From Eledone cirrhosa (lineage: Eukaryota), in assembly GCA_964016885.1 (NCBI GenBank), contig OZ024744.1:3968001-4032000 (forward strand): DNA of 64,000 bases, given 5' to 3'. This document shows, in pieces, positions 12,231 to 26,357 of the stretch. A model generated the notes under the pieces. That model ran no database searches and had not been told where the DNA came from. It worked only from the letters and a program-made list of their open reading frames with translations. A program made the position numbers and the translations under genes. Each line of letters begins with the position of its first letter. The first letter of the stretch is position 1.

Positions 12231-14411
12231 AGTTTTGGGGGTAGACAAGGTAGAGAAAGATAGCTTGGTGAAGAACAAAGTTTTGGGGGAAGACAAGGTA
12301 GAGAAAGATAGCTTGGTGAAGAACGAAGTTTTGAGGGAAGACGAGGTAGAGAAAGATAGCTTGGTGAAGAACGAAGTTTTGGGGGAAGACAAGGTAGAGA
12401 AAGATAGCTTGGTGAAGAACGAAGTTTTGGGGGAAGACAAGGTAGAGAAAGATAGCTTGGTGAAGAACGAAGTTTTGGGGGAAGACAAGGTAGAGAAAGA
12501 TAGCTTGGTGAAGAACGACGTTTTGAGGGAAGACAAGGTCGTGAAAGATAGCTTGGTGAAGAACGAAGTTCTGAGGGAAGACAAGGTAGAGAAAGATAGC
12601 TTGGTGAAGAACGAAGTTTTGGGAGAAAACAAGGTAGAGAAAGATATCTTGGTGAAGAACGAAGTTTCGACGGAAGACAAGGTAGAGAAAGATAGCTTGG
12701 TGAAGAATGACGTTTTGTGGGAAGACAAGGTAGAGAAAGATAGCTTGGTGAAGAACGAAGTTTTGTGTGAAGACAAGCTAGAGAAAGATAGCTTGGTGAA
12801 GAACGAAGTTTTGGGGGAAGACAAGGTAGAGAAAGATAGCTTGGTGAAGAACGAAGTTTTGGGGGAAGACAAGGTAGAGAAAGATAGCTTGGTGAAGAAC
12901 GAAGTTTTGAGGGAAGACAAGGTAGAGAAAGATAGCTTGGTGAATAACGAAGTTTTGGGAGAAGACAAGGTAGAGAAAGATAGCTTGGTGAAGAACGATG
13001 TTTTGAGGGAAGACAAGGTAGAGAAAGATAGCTTGGTGAAGAACGACGTTTTGAGGGAAGACAAGGTAGAGAAAGATAGCTTGGTGAAGAACGACGTTTT
13101 GTGGGAAGACAAGGTAGAGAAAGATAGCTTGGTGAAGAACGAAGTTTTGGGGGAAGGCAAGGTAGAGAAAGATAGCTTGCGAAGAACGAAGTTTTGGGGG
13201 AAGACAAGGTAGAGAAAGATAGCTTGGTGAAGAACGAAGTTTTGGGGGAAGACAAGGTAGAGAAAGATAGCTTGGTGAAGAACGACGTTTTGAGGGAAGA
13301 CAAGTTAGAGAAAGATAGCTTGGTGAAGAACGAAGTTTTGACGGAAGACAAGGTAGAGAAAGATAGCTTGGTGAAGAATGACGTTTTGTGGGAAGACAAG
13401 GTAGAGAAAGATAGCTTGGTGAAGAACGAAGTTTTGTATGAAGACAAGCTAGAGAAAGATAGCTTGGTGAAGAACGAAGTTTTAGGGGATGACAAGGTAG
13501 AGAAAGATAGCTTGGTGAAGAACGAAGTTTTGGGGGAAGACAAGGTAGAGAAAGATAGCTTGGTGAAGAACGAAGTTTTGTATGAAGACAAGCTAGAGAA
13601 AGATAGCTTGGTGAAGAACGAAGTTTTAGGGGAAGCAAAGGTAGAGAAAGATAGCTTGGTGAAGAACGAAGTTTTGGGGGAAGACAAGGTAGAGAAAGAT
13701 AGCTTGGTGAAGAACAAAGTTTTGGGGGAAGACAAGGTAGAGAAAGATAGCTTGGTGAAGAACGAAGTTTTGAGGGAAGACGAGGTAGAGAAAGATAGCT
13801 TGGTGAAGAACGAAGTTTTGGGGGAAGACAAGGTAGAGAAAGATAGCTTGGTGAAGAACGAAGTTTTGGGGGAAGACAAGGTAGAGAAAGATAGCTTGGT
13901 GAAGAACGACGTTTTGAGGGAAGACAAGGTCGTGAAAGATAGCTTGGTGAAGAACGAAGTTTTGGGGGAAGACAAGGTAGAGAAAGATAGCTTGGTGAAG
14001 AACGAAGTTTTGGGGGAAGACGAGGTAGAGAAAGATAGCTTGGTGAATAACGAAGTTTTGGGGGAAGACAAGGTCGAAAAAGATAGCTTGGTGAAGAACG
14101 AAGTTTTGAGGGAAGACAAGGTAGAGAAAGATAGCTTGGTGAAGAACGAAGTTTTGGGGGAAGACAAGGTAGAGAAAGATAGCTTGGTGAAGAACGAAGT
14201 TTTGTGGGAAGACAAGGTAGAGAAAGATAGCTTGGTGAAGAACGAAGTTTTGGGGGAAGACAAGGTAGAGAAAGATAGCTTGGTGAAGAACGAAGTTTTG
14301 GGGGAAGACGAGGTAGAGAAAGATAGCTTGGTGAACAAGAAAGTTTTGGGGGAAGACAAGGTAGAGAAAGATAGCTTGGTGAAGAACGAAGTTTTGGGGA
14401 AGACAATGTAG

Positions 14412-17338
14412 AGAAAGATAGCTTGGTGAAGAACGAAGTTTTGGGGGAAGACAAGGTAGAGAAAGATAGCTTGATGAAGAACGAAGGTTTGAGGGAAGAC
14501 AAGGTAGAGAAAGATAGCTTGGTGAAGAACGAAGTTTTGGGAGAAGACAAGGTAGAGAAAGATATCTTGGTGAAGAACGAAGTTTTGACGGAAGACAAGG
14601 TAGAGAAAGATAGCTTGGTGAAGAATGACGTTTTGTGGGAAGACAAGGTAGAGAAAGATAGCTTGGTGAAGAACGACGTTTTGTGGGAAGACAAGGTAGA
14701 GAAAGATAGCTTGGTGAAGAACGAAGTTTTGTGGGAAGACAAGGTAGAGAAAGATAGCTTGGTGAAGAACGAAGTTTTGGGGGAAGACAAGGTAGAGAAA
14801 GATAGCTTGGTGAAGAACGAAGTTTTGGGGGAAAACAAGGTAGAGAAAGATAGCTTGTTGAAGAACGAAGTTCTGAGGGAAGGCAAGGTAGAGAAAGATA
14901 GCTTGGTGAAGAACGAAGTTTTGGGAGAAGACAAGGTAGAGAAAGATATCTTGGTGAAGAACGAAGTTTTGTGTGAAGACAAGCTAGAGAGAGATAGCTT
15001 GGTGAAGAACGAAGTTTTGGGGGAAGATAAGGTAGAGAAAGATAGATTGGTGAAGAACAAAGTTTTGAGGGATGACAAGGTAGAGAAAGATGACTTGGTG
15101 AAGAACGAAGTTTTGGGGGAAGACAAGGTAGAGAAAGATAGCTTGGTGAAGAACGAAGTTTTGAGGGAAGACAAGGTAGAGAAAGATAGCTTGGTGAATA
15201 ACGAAGTTTTGGGAGAAGACAAGGTTGAGAAAGATAGCTTGGTGAAGAACGAAGTTTTGGGGGAAGACAAGGTAGAGAAAGATAGCTTGGTGAAGAACGA
15301 AGTTTTGAGGGAAGACAAGGTAGAGAAAGATAGCTTGGTGAAGAACGATGTTTTGAGGGAAGACAAGGTAGAAAAAGATAGCTTGGTGAAGAACGAAGTT
15401 TTGGGGGAAGACAAGGTAGAGAAAGATAGCTTGGTGAAGAACGAAGTTTTGGGGGAAGACAAGGTAGAGAAAGAGAGCTTGGTGAAGAACGACGTTTTGA
15501 TGAAAGACAAGGTAGAGAAAGATAGCTTGGTGAAGAACGAAGTTTTGGGGGAAGACAAGGTGGAGAAAGATAGCTTGGTGAAGAACGAAGTTCTGAGGGA
15601 AGACAAGGTAGAGAAAGATAGCTTGGTGAAGAACGAAGTTTTGGGAGAAGACAAGGTAGAGAAAGATATCTTGGTGAAGAACGAAGTTTTGACGGAAGAC
15701 AAGGTAGAGAAAGATAGCTTGGTGAAGAATGACGTTTTGTGGGAAGACAAGGTAGAGAAAGATAGCTTGGTGAAGAACGAAGTTTTGTGTGAAGACAAGG
15801 TAGAGAAAGATAGCTTGGTGAAGAACGAAGTTTTGGGGGAAGACAAGGCAGAGAAAGATAGATTGGTGAAGAACGAAGTTTTGAGGGATGACAAGGTAGA
15901 GAAAGATGACTTGGTGTAGAAAGAAGTTTTGGGGGAAGACAAGGTAGAGAAAGATAGCTTGGTGAAGAACGAAGTTTTGGGGGAAGACAAGGTAGAGAAA
16001 GATAGCTTGGTGAAGAACGAAGTTTTGGGGGAAGACAAGGTAGAGAAAGATAGCTTGGTGAATAACGAAGTTTTGGGAGAAGACAAGGTAGAGAAAGATA
16101 GCTTGGTGAAGAACGAAGTTTTGGCGGAAGGCAAGGTAGAGAAAGATAGCTTGCGAAGAACGAAGTTTTGGGGGAAGACAAGGTAGAGAAAGATAGCTTG
16201 GTGAAGAACGAAGTTTTGGGGGGAAGACAAGGTAGAGAAAGATAGCTTGGTGAAGAACGACGTTTTGAGGGAAGACAAGTTAGAGAAAGATAGCTTGGTG
16301 AAGAACGAAGTTTTGACGGAAGACAAGGTAGAGAAAGATAGCTTGGTGAAGAATGACGTTTTGTGGGAAGACAAGGTAGAGAAAGATAGCTTGGTGAAGA
16401 ACGAAGTTTTGTATGAAGACAAGCTAGAGAAAGATAGCTTGGTGAAGAACGAAGTTTTAGGCGAAGACAAGGTAGAGAAAGATAGCTTGGTGAACAACGA
16501 AGTTTTGGGGGAAGACAAGGTAGAGAAAGATAGCTTGGTGAAGAACAAAGTTTTGGGGGAAGACAAGGTAGAGAAAGATAGCTTGGTGAAGAACGAAGTT
16601 TTGAGGGAAGACGAGGTAGAGAAAGATAGCTTGGTGAAGAACGAAGTTTTGGGGGAAGACAAGGTAGAGAAAGATAGCTTGGTGAAGAAGGAAGTTTTGG
16701 GGGAAGACAAGGTAGAGAAAGATAGCTTGGTGAAGAACGACGTTTTGAGGGAAGACAAGGTCGTGAAAGATAGCTTGGTGAAGAACGAAATTTTGGGGGA
16801 AGACAAGGTAGAGAAAGATAGCTTGGTGAAGAACGAAGTTTTGGGGGAAGACGAGGTAGAGAAAGATAGCTTGGTGAATAACGAAGTTTTGGGGGAAGAC
16901 AAGGTCGAAAAAGATAGCTTGGTGAAGAACGAAGTTTTGAGGGACGACAAGGGAGAGAAAGATAGCTTGGTGAAGAACGAAGTTTTGGGGGAAGACAAGG
17001 TAGAGAAAGATAGCTTGGTGAAGAACGAAGTTTTGAGGGAAGACAAAGTAGAGAAAGATAGCTTGGTGAAGAACGACGTTTTGTGGGAAGACAAGGTAGA
17101 GAAAGATAGCTTGGTGAAGAACGAAGTTTTGTGGGAAGACAAGGTAGAGAAAGATAGCTTGGTGAAGAACGAAGTTTTGGGGGAAGACAAGGTAGAGAAA
17201 GATAGCTTGGTGAAGAACGAAGTTTTGGGGGAAGACGAGGTAGAGAAAGATAGCTTGGTGAACAAGGAAGTTTTGGGGGAAGACAAGGTAGAGAAAGATA
17301 GCTTGGTGAAGAACGAAGTTTTGGGGAAGACAATGTAG
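14412..17338. repeat. One complete copy of the ~61-monomer (~2.93 kb) higher-order repeat typical of the central domain
   Basis: It is bounded by two 47-bp GGGGAAGACAATGTAG monomers 2927 bp apart. The same order of variant monomers recurs at 26358-29282, and with internal deletions at 22472-25254 and 35132-37908. Confidence 0.8.
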
Positions 17339-20300
17339 AGAAAGATAGCTTGGTGAAGAACGAAGTTTTGGGGGAAGACAAGGTAGAGAAAGATAGCTTG
17401 GTGAAGAACGAAGGTTTGAGGGAAGACAAGGTAGAGAAAGATAGCTTGGTGAAGAACGAAGTTTTGACGGAAGACAAGGTAGAGAAAGATAGCTTGGTGA
17501 AGAATGACGTTTTGTGGGAAGACAAGGTAGAGATAGATAGCTTGGTGAAGAACGAAGTTTTGTATGAAGACAAGCTAGAGAAAGATAGCTTGGTGAAGAA
17601 CGAAGTTTTAGGGGAAGACAAGGTAGCGAAAGATAGCTTGGTGAAGAACGAAGTTTTGGGGGAAGACAAGGTAGAGAAAGATAGCTTGGTGAAGAACAAA
17701 GTTTTGGGGGAAGACAAGGTAGAGAAAGATAGCTTGGTGAAGAACGAAGTTTTGAGGGAAGACGAGGTAGAGAAAGATAGCTTGGTGAAGAACGAAGTTT
17801 TGGGGGAAGACAAGGTAGAGAAAGATAGATTGGTGAAGAACGAAGTTTTGGGGGAAGACAAGGTAGAGAAAGATGGCTTGGTGAAGAACGACGTTTTGAG
17901 GGAAGACAAGGTCGTGAAAGATAGCTTGGTGAAGAACGAAGTTTTGGGGGAAGACAAGGTAGAGAAAGATAGCTTGGTGAAGAACGAAGTTTTGTATGAA
18001 GACAAGCTAGAGAAAGATAGCTTGGTGAAGAACGAAGTTTTAGGGGATGACAAGGTAGAGAAAGATAGCTTGGTGAAGAACGAAGTTTTGGGGGAAGACA
18101 AGGTAGAGAAAGATAGCTTGGTGAAGAACGAAGTTTTGTATGAAGACAAGCTAGAGAAAGATAGCTTGGTGAAGAACGAAGTTTTAGGGGAAGCAAAGGT
18201 AGAGAAAGATAGCTTGGTGAAGAACGAAGTTTTGGGGGAAGACAAGGTAGAGAAAGATAGCTTGGTGAAGAACAAAGTTTTGGGGGAAGACAAGGTAGAG
18301 AAAGATAGCTTGGTGAAGAACGAAGTTTTGAGGGAAGACGAGGTAGAGAAAGATAGCTTGGTGAAGAACGAAGTTTTGGGGGAAGACAAGGTAGAGAAAG
18401 ATAGCTTGGTGAAGAACGAAGTTTTGGGGGAAGACAAGGTAGAGAAAGATAGCTTGGTGAAGAACGACGTTTTGAGGGAAGACAAGGTCGTGAAAGATAG
18501 CTTGGTGAAGAACGAAGTTTTGGGGGAAGACAAGGTAGAGAAAGATAGCTTGGTGAAGAACGAAGTTTTGGGGGAAGACGAGGTAGAGAAAGATAGCTTG
18601 GTGAATAACGAAGTTTTGGGGGAAGACAAGGTCGAAAAAGATAGCTTGGTGAAGAACGAAGTTTTGAGGGAAGACAAGGTAGAGAAAGATAGCTTGGTGA
18701 AGAACGAAGTTTTGGGGGAAGACAAGGTAGAGAAAGATAGCTTGGTGAAGAACGAAGTTTTGAGGGAAGACAAAGTAGAGAAAGATAGCTTGGTGAAGAA
18801 CGACGTTGTGTGGGAAGACAAGGTAGAGAAAGATAGCTTGGTGAAGAACGAAGTTTTGTGGGAAGACAAGGTAGAGAAAGATAGCTTGGTGAAGAACGAA
18901 GTTTTGGGGGAAGACAAGGTAGAGAAAGATAGCTTGGTGAAGAACGAAGTTTTGGGGGAAGACGAGGTAGAGAAAGATAGCTTGGTGAACAAGAAAGTTT
19001 TGGGGGAAGACAAGGTAGAGAAAGATAGCTTGGTGAAGAACGAAGTTTTGGGGAAGACAATGTAGAGAAAGATAGCTTGGTGAAGAACGAAGTTTTGGGG
19101 GAAGACAAGGTAGAGAAAGATAGCTTGATGAAGAACGAAGGTTTGAGGGAAGACAAGGTAGAGAAAGATAGCTTGGTGAAGAACGAAGTTTTGGGAGAAG
19201 ACAAGGTAGAGAAAGATATCTTGGTGAAGAACGAAGTTTTGACGGAAGACAAGGTAGAGAAAGATAGCTTGGTGAAGAATGACGTTTTGTGGGAAGACAA
19301 GGTAGAGAAAGATAGCTTGGTGAAGAACGACGTTTTGTGGGAAGACAAGGTAGAGAAAGATAGCTTGGTGAAGAACGAAGTTTTGTGGGAAGACAAGGTA
19401 GAGAAAGATAGCTTGGTGAAGAACGAAGTTTTGGGGGAAGACAAGGTAGAGAAAGATAGCTTGGTGAAGAACGAAGTTTTGGGGGAAGACAAGGTAGAGA
19501 AAGATAGCTTGTTGAAGAACGAAGTTCTGAGGGAAGGCAAGGTAGAGAAAGATAGCTTGGTGAAGAACGAAGTTTTGGGAGAAGACAAGGTAGAGAAAGA
19601 TATCTTGGTGAAGAACGAAGTTTTGTGTGAAGACAAGCTAGAGAGAGATAGCTTGGTGAAGAACGAAGTTTTGGGGGAAGATAAGGTAGAGAAAGATAGA
19701 TTGGTGAAGAACAAAGTTTTGAGGGATGACAAGGTAGAGAAAGATGACTTGGTGAAGAACGAAGTTTTGGGGGAAGACAAGGTAGAGAAAGATAGCTTGG
19801 TGAAGAACGAAGTTTTGAGGGAAGACAAGGTAGAGAAAGATAGCTTGGTGAATAACGAAGTTTTGGGAGAAGACAAGGTTGAGAAAGATAGCTTGGTGAA
19901 GAACGAAGTTTTGGGGGAAGACAAGGTAGAGAAAGATAGCTTGGTGAAGAACGAAGTTTTGAGGGAAGACAAGGTAGAGAAAGATAGCTTGGTGAAGAAC
20001 GATGTTTTGAGGGAAGACAAGGTAGAAAAAGATAGCTTGGTGAAGAACGAAGTTTTGGGGGAAGACAAGGTAGAGAAAGATAGCTTGGTGAAGAACGAAG
20101 TTTTGGGGGAAGACAAGGTAGAGAAAGAGAGCTTGGTGAAGAACGACGTTTTGATGAAAGACAAGGTAGAGAAAGATAGCTTGGTGAAGAACGAAGTTTT
20201 GGGGGAAGACAAGGTGGAGAAAGATAGCTTGGTGAAGAACGAAGTTCTGAGGGAAGACAAGGTAGAGAAAGATAGCTTGGTGAAGAACGAAGTTTTGGGA

Positions 20301-23300
20301 GAAGACAAGGTAGAGAAAGATATCTTGGTGAAGAACGAAGTTTTGACGGAAGACAAGGTAGAGAAAGATAGCTTGGTGAAGAACGAAGTTTTGGGGGAAG
20401 ACAAGGTAGAGAAAGATAGCTTGGTGAAGAACGAAGTTTTGAGGGAAGACAAAGTAGAGAAAGATAGCTTGGTGAAGAACGACGTTTTGTGGGAAGACAA
20501 GGTAGAGAAAGATAGCTTGGTGAAGAACGAAGTTTTGTGGGAAGACAAGGTAGAGAAAGATAGCTTGGTGAAGAACGAAGTTTTGGGGGAAGACAAGGTA
20601 GAGAAAGATAGCTTGGTGAAGAACGAAGTTTTGGGGGAAGACGAGGTAGAGAAAGATAGCTTGGTGAACAAGGAAGTTTTGGGGGAAGACAAGGTAGAGA
20701 AAGATAGCTTGGTGAAGAACGAAGTTTTGGGGAAGACAATGTAGAGAAAGATAGCTTGGTGAAGAACGAAGTTTTGGGGGAAGACAAGGTAGAGAAAGAT
20801 AGCTTGGTGAAGAACGAAGGTTTGAGGGAAGACAAGGTAGAGAAAGATAGCTTGGTGAAGAACGAAGTTTTGACGGAAGACAAGGTAGAGAAAGATAGCT
20901 TGGTGAAGAATGACGTTTTGTGGGAAGACAAGGTAGAGATAGATAGCTTGGTGAAGAACGAAGTTTTGTATGAAGACAAGCTAGAGAAAGATAGCTTGGT
21001 GAAGAACGAAGTTTTAGGGGAAGACAAGGTAGCGAAAGATAGCTTGGTGAAGAACGAAGTTTTGGGGGAAGACAAGGTAGAGAAAGATAGCTTGGTGAAG
21101 AACAAAGTTTTGGGGGAAGACAAGGTAGAGAAAGATAGCTTGGTGAAGAACGAAGTTTTGAGGGAAGACGAGGTAGAGAAAGATAGCTTGGTGAAGAACG
21201 AAGTTTTGGGGGAAGACAAGGTAGAGAAAGATAGATTGGTGAAGAACGAAGTTTTGGGGGAAGACAAGGTAGAGAAAGATGGCTTGGTGAAGAACGACGT
21301 TTTGAGGGAAGACAAGGTCGTGAAAGATAGCTTGGTGAAGAACGAAGTTTTGGGGGAAGACAAGGTAGAGAAAGATAGCTTGGTGAAGAACGAAGTTTTG
21401 TATGAAGACAAGCTAGAGAAAGATAGCTTGGTGAAGAACGAAGTTTTAGGGGATGACAAGGTAGAGAAAGATAGCTTGGTGAAGAACGAAGTTTTGGGGG
21501 AAGACAAGGTAGAGAAAGATAGCTTGGTGAAGAACGAAGTTTTGTATGAAGACAAGCTAGAGAAAGATAGCTTGGTGAAGAACGAAGTTTTAGGGGAAGC
21601 AAAGGTAGAGAAAGATAGCTTGGTGAAGAACGAAGTTTTGGGGGAAGACAAGGTAGAGAAAGATAGCTTGGTGAAGAACAAAGTTTTGGGGGAAGACAAG
21701 GTAGAGAAAGATAGCTTGGTGAAGAACGAAGTTTTGAGGGAAGACGAGGTAGAGAAAGATAGCTTGGTGAAGAACGAAGTTTTGGGGGAAGACAAGGTAG
21801 AGAAAGATAGCTTGGTGAAGAACGAAGTTTTGGGGGAAGACAAGGTAGAGAAAGATAGCTTGGTGAAGAACGACGTTTTGAGGGAAGACAAGGTCGTGAA
21901 AGATAGCTTGGTGAAGAACGAAGTTTTGGGGGAAGACAAGGTAGAGAAAGATAGCTTGGTGAAGAACGAAGTTTTGGGGGAAGACGAGGTAGAGAATGAT
22001 AGCTTGGTGAATAACGAAGTTTTGGGGGAAGACAAGGTCGAAAAAGATAGCTTGGTGAAGAACGAAGTTTTGAGGGAAGACAAGGTAGAGAAAGATAGCT
22101 TGGTGAAGAACGAAGTTTTGGGGGAAGACAAGGTAGAGAAAGATAGCTTGGTGAAGAACGAAGTTTTGAGGGAAGACAAAGTAGAGAAAGATAGCTTGGT
22201 GAAGAACGACGTTGTGTGGGAAGACAAGGTAGAGAAAGATAGCTTGGTGAAGAACGAAGTTTTGTGGGAAGACAAGGTAGAGAAAGATAGCTTGGTGAAG
22301 AACGAAGTTTTGGGGGAAGACAAGGTAGAGAAAGATAGCTTGGTGAAGAACGAAGTTTTGGGGGAAGACGAGGTAGAGAAAGATAGCTTGGTGAACAAGA
22401 AAGTTTTGGGGGAAGACAAGGTAGAGAAAGATAGCTTGGTGAAGAACGAAGTTTTGGGGAAGACAATGTAGAGAAAGATAGCTTGGTGAAGAACGAAGTT
22501 TTGGGGGAAGACAAGGTAGAGAAAGATAGCTTGATGAAGAACGAAGGTTTGAGGGAAGACAAGGTAGAGAAAGATAGCTTGGTGAAGAACGAAGTTTTGG
22601 GAGAAGACAAGGTAGAGAAAGATATCTTGGTGAAGAACGAAGTTTTGACGGAAGACAAGGTAGAGAAAGATAGCTTGGTGAAGAATGACGTTTTGTGGGA
22701 AGACAAGGTAGAGAAAGATAGCTTGGTGAAGAACGACGTTTTGTGGGAAGACAAGGTAGAGAAAGATAGCTTGGTGAAGAACGAAGTTTTGTGGGAAGAC
22801 AAGGTAGAGAAAGATAGCTTGGTGAAGAACGAAGTTTTGGGGGAAGACAAGGTAGAGAAAGATAGCTTGGTGAAGAACGAAGTTTTGGGGGAAGACAAGG
22901 TAGAGAAAGATAGCTTGTTGAAGAACGAAGTTCTGAGGGAAGGCAAGGTAGAGAAAGATAGCTTGGTGAAGAACGAAGTTTTGGGAGAAGACAAGGTAGA
23001 GAAAGATATCTTGGTGAAGAACGAAGTTTTGTGTGAAGACAAGCTAGAGAGAGATAGCTTGGTGAAGAACGAAGTTTTGGGGGAAGATAAGGTAGAGAAA
23101 GATAGATTGGTGAAGAACAAAGTTTTGAGGGATGACAAGGTAGAGAAAGATGACTTGGTGAAGAACGAAGTTTTGGGGGAAGACAAGGTAGAGAAAGATA
23201 GCTTGGTGAAGAACGAAGTTTTGAGGGAAGACAAGGTAGAGAAAGATAGCTTGGTGAATAACGAAGTTTTGGGAGAAGACAAGGTTGAGAAAGATAGCTT

Positions 23301-23785
23301 GGTGAAGAACGAAGTTTTGGGGGAAGACAAGGTAGAGAAAGATAGCTTGGTGAAGAACGAAGTTTTGAGGGAAGACAAGGTAGAGAAAGATAGCTTGGTG
23401 AAGAACGATGTTTTGAGGGAAGACAAGGTAGAAAAAGATAGCTTGGTGAAGAACGAAGTTTTGGGGGAAGACAAGGTAGAGAAAGATAGCTTGGTGAAGA
23501 ACGAAGTTTTGGGGGAAGACACGGTAGAGAAAGAGAGCTTGGTGAAGAACGACGTTTTGATGAAAGACAAGGTAGAGAAAGATAGCTTGGTGAAGAACGA
23601 AGTTTTGGGGGAAGACAAGGTGGAGAAAGATAGCTTGGTGAAGAACGAAGTTCTGAGGGAAGACAAGGTAGAGAAAGATAGCTTGGTGAAGAACGAAGTT
23701 TTGGGAGAAGACAAGGTAGAGAAAGATATCTTGGTGAAGAACGAAGTTTTGACGGAAGACAAGGTAGAGAAAGATAGCTTGGTGA
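16960..23785. repeat. Tandem duplication with 3,406-bp period (71 monomers)
   Basis: ORF coordinates are offset by 3406: 17350/20756, 19065/22471, 19077/22483. Shared rare variants include GAG ATA GAT, GTA GCG, GAT GGC, GAA GCA AAG and GAG AGA GAT. Private differences occur near 21997 and 23522. Confidence 0.9.
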
Positions 23786-26357
23786 AGAATGACGTTTTGT
23801 GGGAAGACAAGGTAGAGAAAGATAGCTTGGTGAAGAACGAAGTTTTGTGTGAAGACAAGGTAGAGAAAGATAGCTTGGTGAAGAACGAAGTTTTGGGGGA
23901 AGACAAGGCAGAGAAAGATAGATTGGTGAAGAACGAAGTTTTGAGGGATGACAAGGTAGAGAAAGATAGCTTGGTGAAGAACAAAGTTTTGGGGGAAGAC
24001 AAGGTAGAGAAAGATAGCTTGGTGAAGAACGAAGTTTTGAGGGAAGACGAGGTAGAGAAAGATAGCTTGGTGAAGAACGAAGTTTTGGGGGAAGACAAGG
24101 TAGAGAAAGATAGCTTGGTGAAGAAGGAAGTTTTGGGGGAAGACAAGGTAGAGAAAGATAGCTTGGTGAAGAACGACGTTTTGAGGGAAGACATGTTAGA
24201 GAAAGATAGCTTGGTGAAGAACGAAGTTTTGACGGAAGACAAGGTAGAGAAAGATAGCTTGGTGAAGAATGACGTTTTGTGGGAAGACAAGGTAGAGAAA
24301 GATAGCTTGGTGAAGAACGAAGTTTTGTATGAAGACAAGCTAGAGAAAGATAGCTTGGTGAAGAACGAAGTTTTAGGCGAAGACAAGGTAGAGAAAGATA
24401 GCTTGGTGAACAACGAAGTTTTGGGGGAAGACAAGGTAGAGAAAGATAGCTTGGTGAAGAACAAAGTTTTGGGGGAAGACAAGGTAGAGAAAGATAGCTT
24501 GGTGAAGAACGAAGTTTTGAGGGAAGACGAGGTAGAGAAAGATAGCTTGGTGAAGAACGAAGTTTTGGGGGAAGACAAGGTAGAGAAAGATAGCTTGGTG
24601 AAGAAGGAAGTTTTGGGGGAAGACAAGGTAGAGAAAGATAGCTTGGTGAAGAACGACGTTTTGAGGGAAGACAAGGTCGTGAAAGATAGCTTGGTGAACA
24701 ACGAAATTTTGGGGGAAGACAAGGTAGAGAAAGATAGCTTGGTGAAGAACGAAGTTTTGGGGGAAGACGAGGTAGAGAAAGATAGCTTGGTGAATAACGA
24801 AGTTTTGGGGGAAGACAAGGTCGAAAAAGATAGCTTGGTGAAGAACGAAGTTTTGAGGGAAGACAAGGGAGAGAAAGATAGCTTGGTGAAGAACGAAGTT
24901 TTGGGGGAAGACAAGGTAGAGAAAGATAGCTTGGTGAAGAACGAAGTTTTGAGGGAAGACAAAGTAGAGAAAGATAGCTTGGTGAAGAACGACGTTTTGT
25001 GGGAAGACAAGGTAGAGAAAGATAGCTTGGTGAAGAACGAAGTTTTGTGGGAAGACAAGGTAGAGAAAGATAGCTTGGTGAAGAACGAAGTTTTGGGGGA
25101 AGACAAGGTAGAGAAAGATAGCTTGGTGAAGAACGAAGTTTTGGGGGAAGACGAGGTAGAGAAAGATAGCTTGGTGAACAAGGAAGTTTTGGGGGAAGAC
25201 AAGGTAGAGAAAGATAGCTTGGTGAAGAACGTAGTTTTGGGGAAGACAATGTAGAGAAAGATAGCTTGGTGAAGAACGAAGTTTTGGGGGAAGACAAGGT
25301 AGAGAAAGATAGCTTGGTGAAGAACGAAGGTTTGAGGGAAGACAAGGTAGAGAAAGATAGCTTGGTGAAGAACGAAGTTTTGACGGAAGACAAGGTAGAG
25401 AAAGATAGCTTGGTGAAGAATGACGTTTTGTGGGAAGACAAGGTAGAGATAGATAGCTTGGTGAAGAACGAAGTTTTGTATGAAGACAAGCTAGAGAAAG
25501 ATAGCTTGGTGAAGAACGAAGTTTTAGGGGAAGACAAGGTAGCGAAAGATAGCTTGGTGAAGAACGAAGTTTTGGGGGAAGACAAGGTAGAGAAAGATAG
25601 CTTGGTGAAGAACAAAGTTTTGGGGGAAGACAAGGTAGAGAAAGATAGCTTGGTGAAGAACGAAGTTTTGAGGGAAGACGAGGTAGAGAAAGATAGCTTG
25701 GTGAAGAACGAAGTTTTGGGGGAAGACAAGGTAGAGAAAGATAGATTGGTGAAGAACGAAGTTTTGGGGGAAGACAAGGTAGAGAAAGATGGCTTGGTGA
25801 AGAACGACGTTTTGAGGGAAGACAAGGTCGTGAAAGATAGCTTGGTGAAGAACGAAGTTTTGGGGGAAGACAAGGTAGAGAAAGATAGCTTGGTGAAGAA
25901 CGAAGTTTTGGGGGAAGACGAGGTAGAGAAAGATAGCTTGGTGAATAACGAAGTTTTGGGGGAAGACAAGGTCGAAAAAGATAGCTTGGTGAAGAACGAA
26001 GTTTTGAGGGAAGACAAGGTAGAGAAAGATAGCTTGGTGAAGAACGAAGTTTTGGGGGAAGACAAGGTAGAGAAAGATAGCTTGGTGAAGAATGACGTTT
26101 TGTGGGAAGACAAGGTAGAGAAAGATAGCTTGGTGAAGAACGACGTTTTGTGGGAAGACAAGGTAGAGAAAGATAGCTTGGTGAAGAACGAAGTTTTGGG
26201 GGAAGACAAGGTAGAGAAAGATAGCTTGGTGAAGAACGAAGTTTTGGGGGAAGACGAGGTAGAGAAAGATAGCTTGGTGAACAAGAAAGTTTTGGGGGAA
26301 GACAAGGTAGAGAAAGATAGCTTGGTGAAGAACGAAGTTTTGGGGAAGACAATGTAG

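Noticed and set aside
16218-16223. G6 insertion as a compensatory frameshift for the deletion at ~16154
   Set aside because: A TAG (16184-16186) lies between the two, so the ORF is not rescued. It is a singleton in a homopolymer and may be a read error or slippage.
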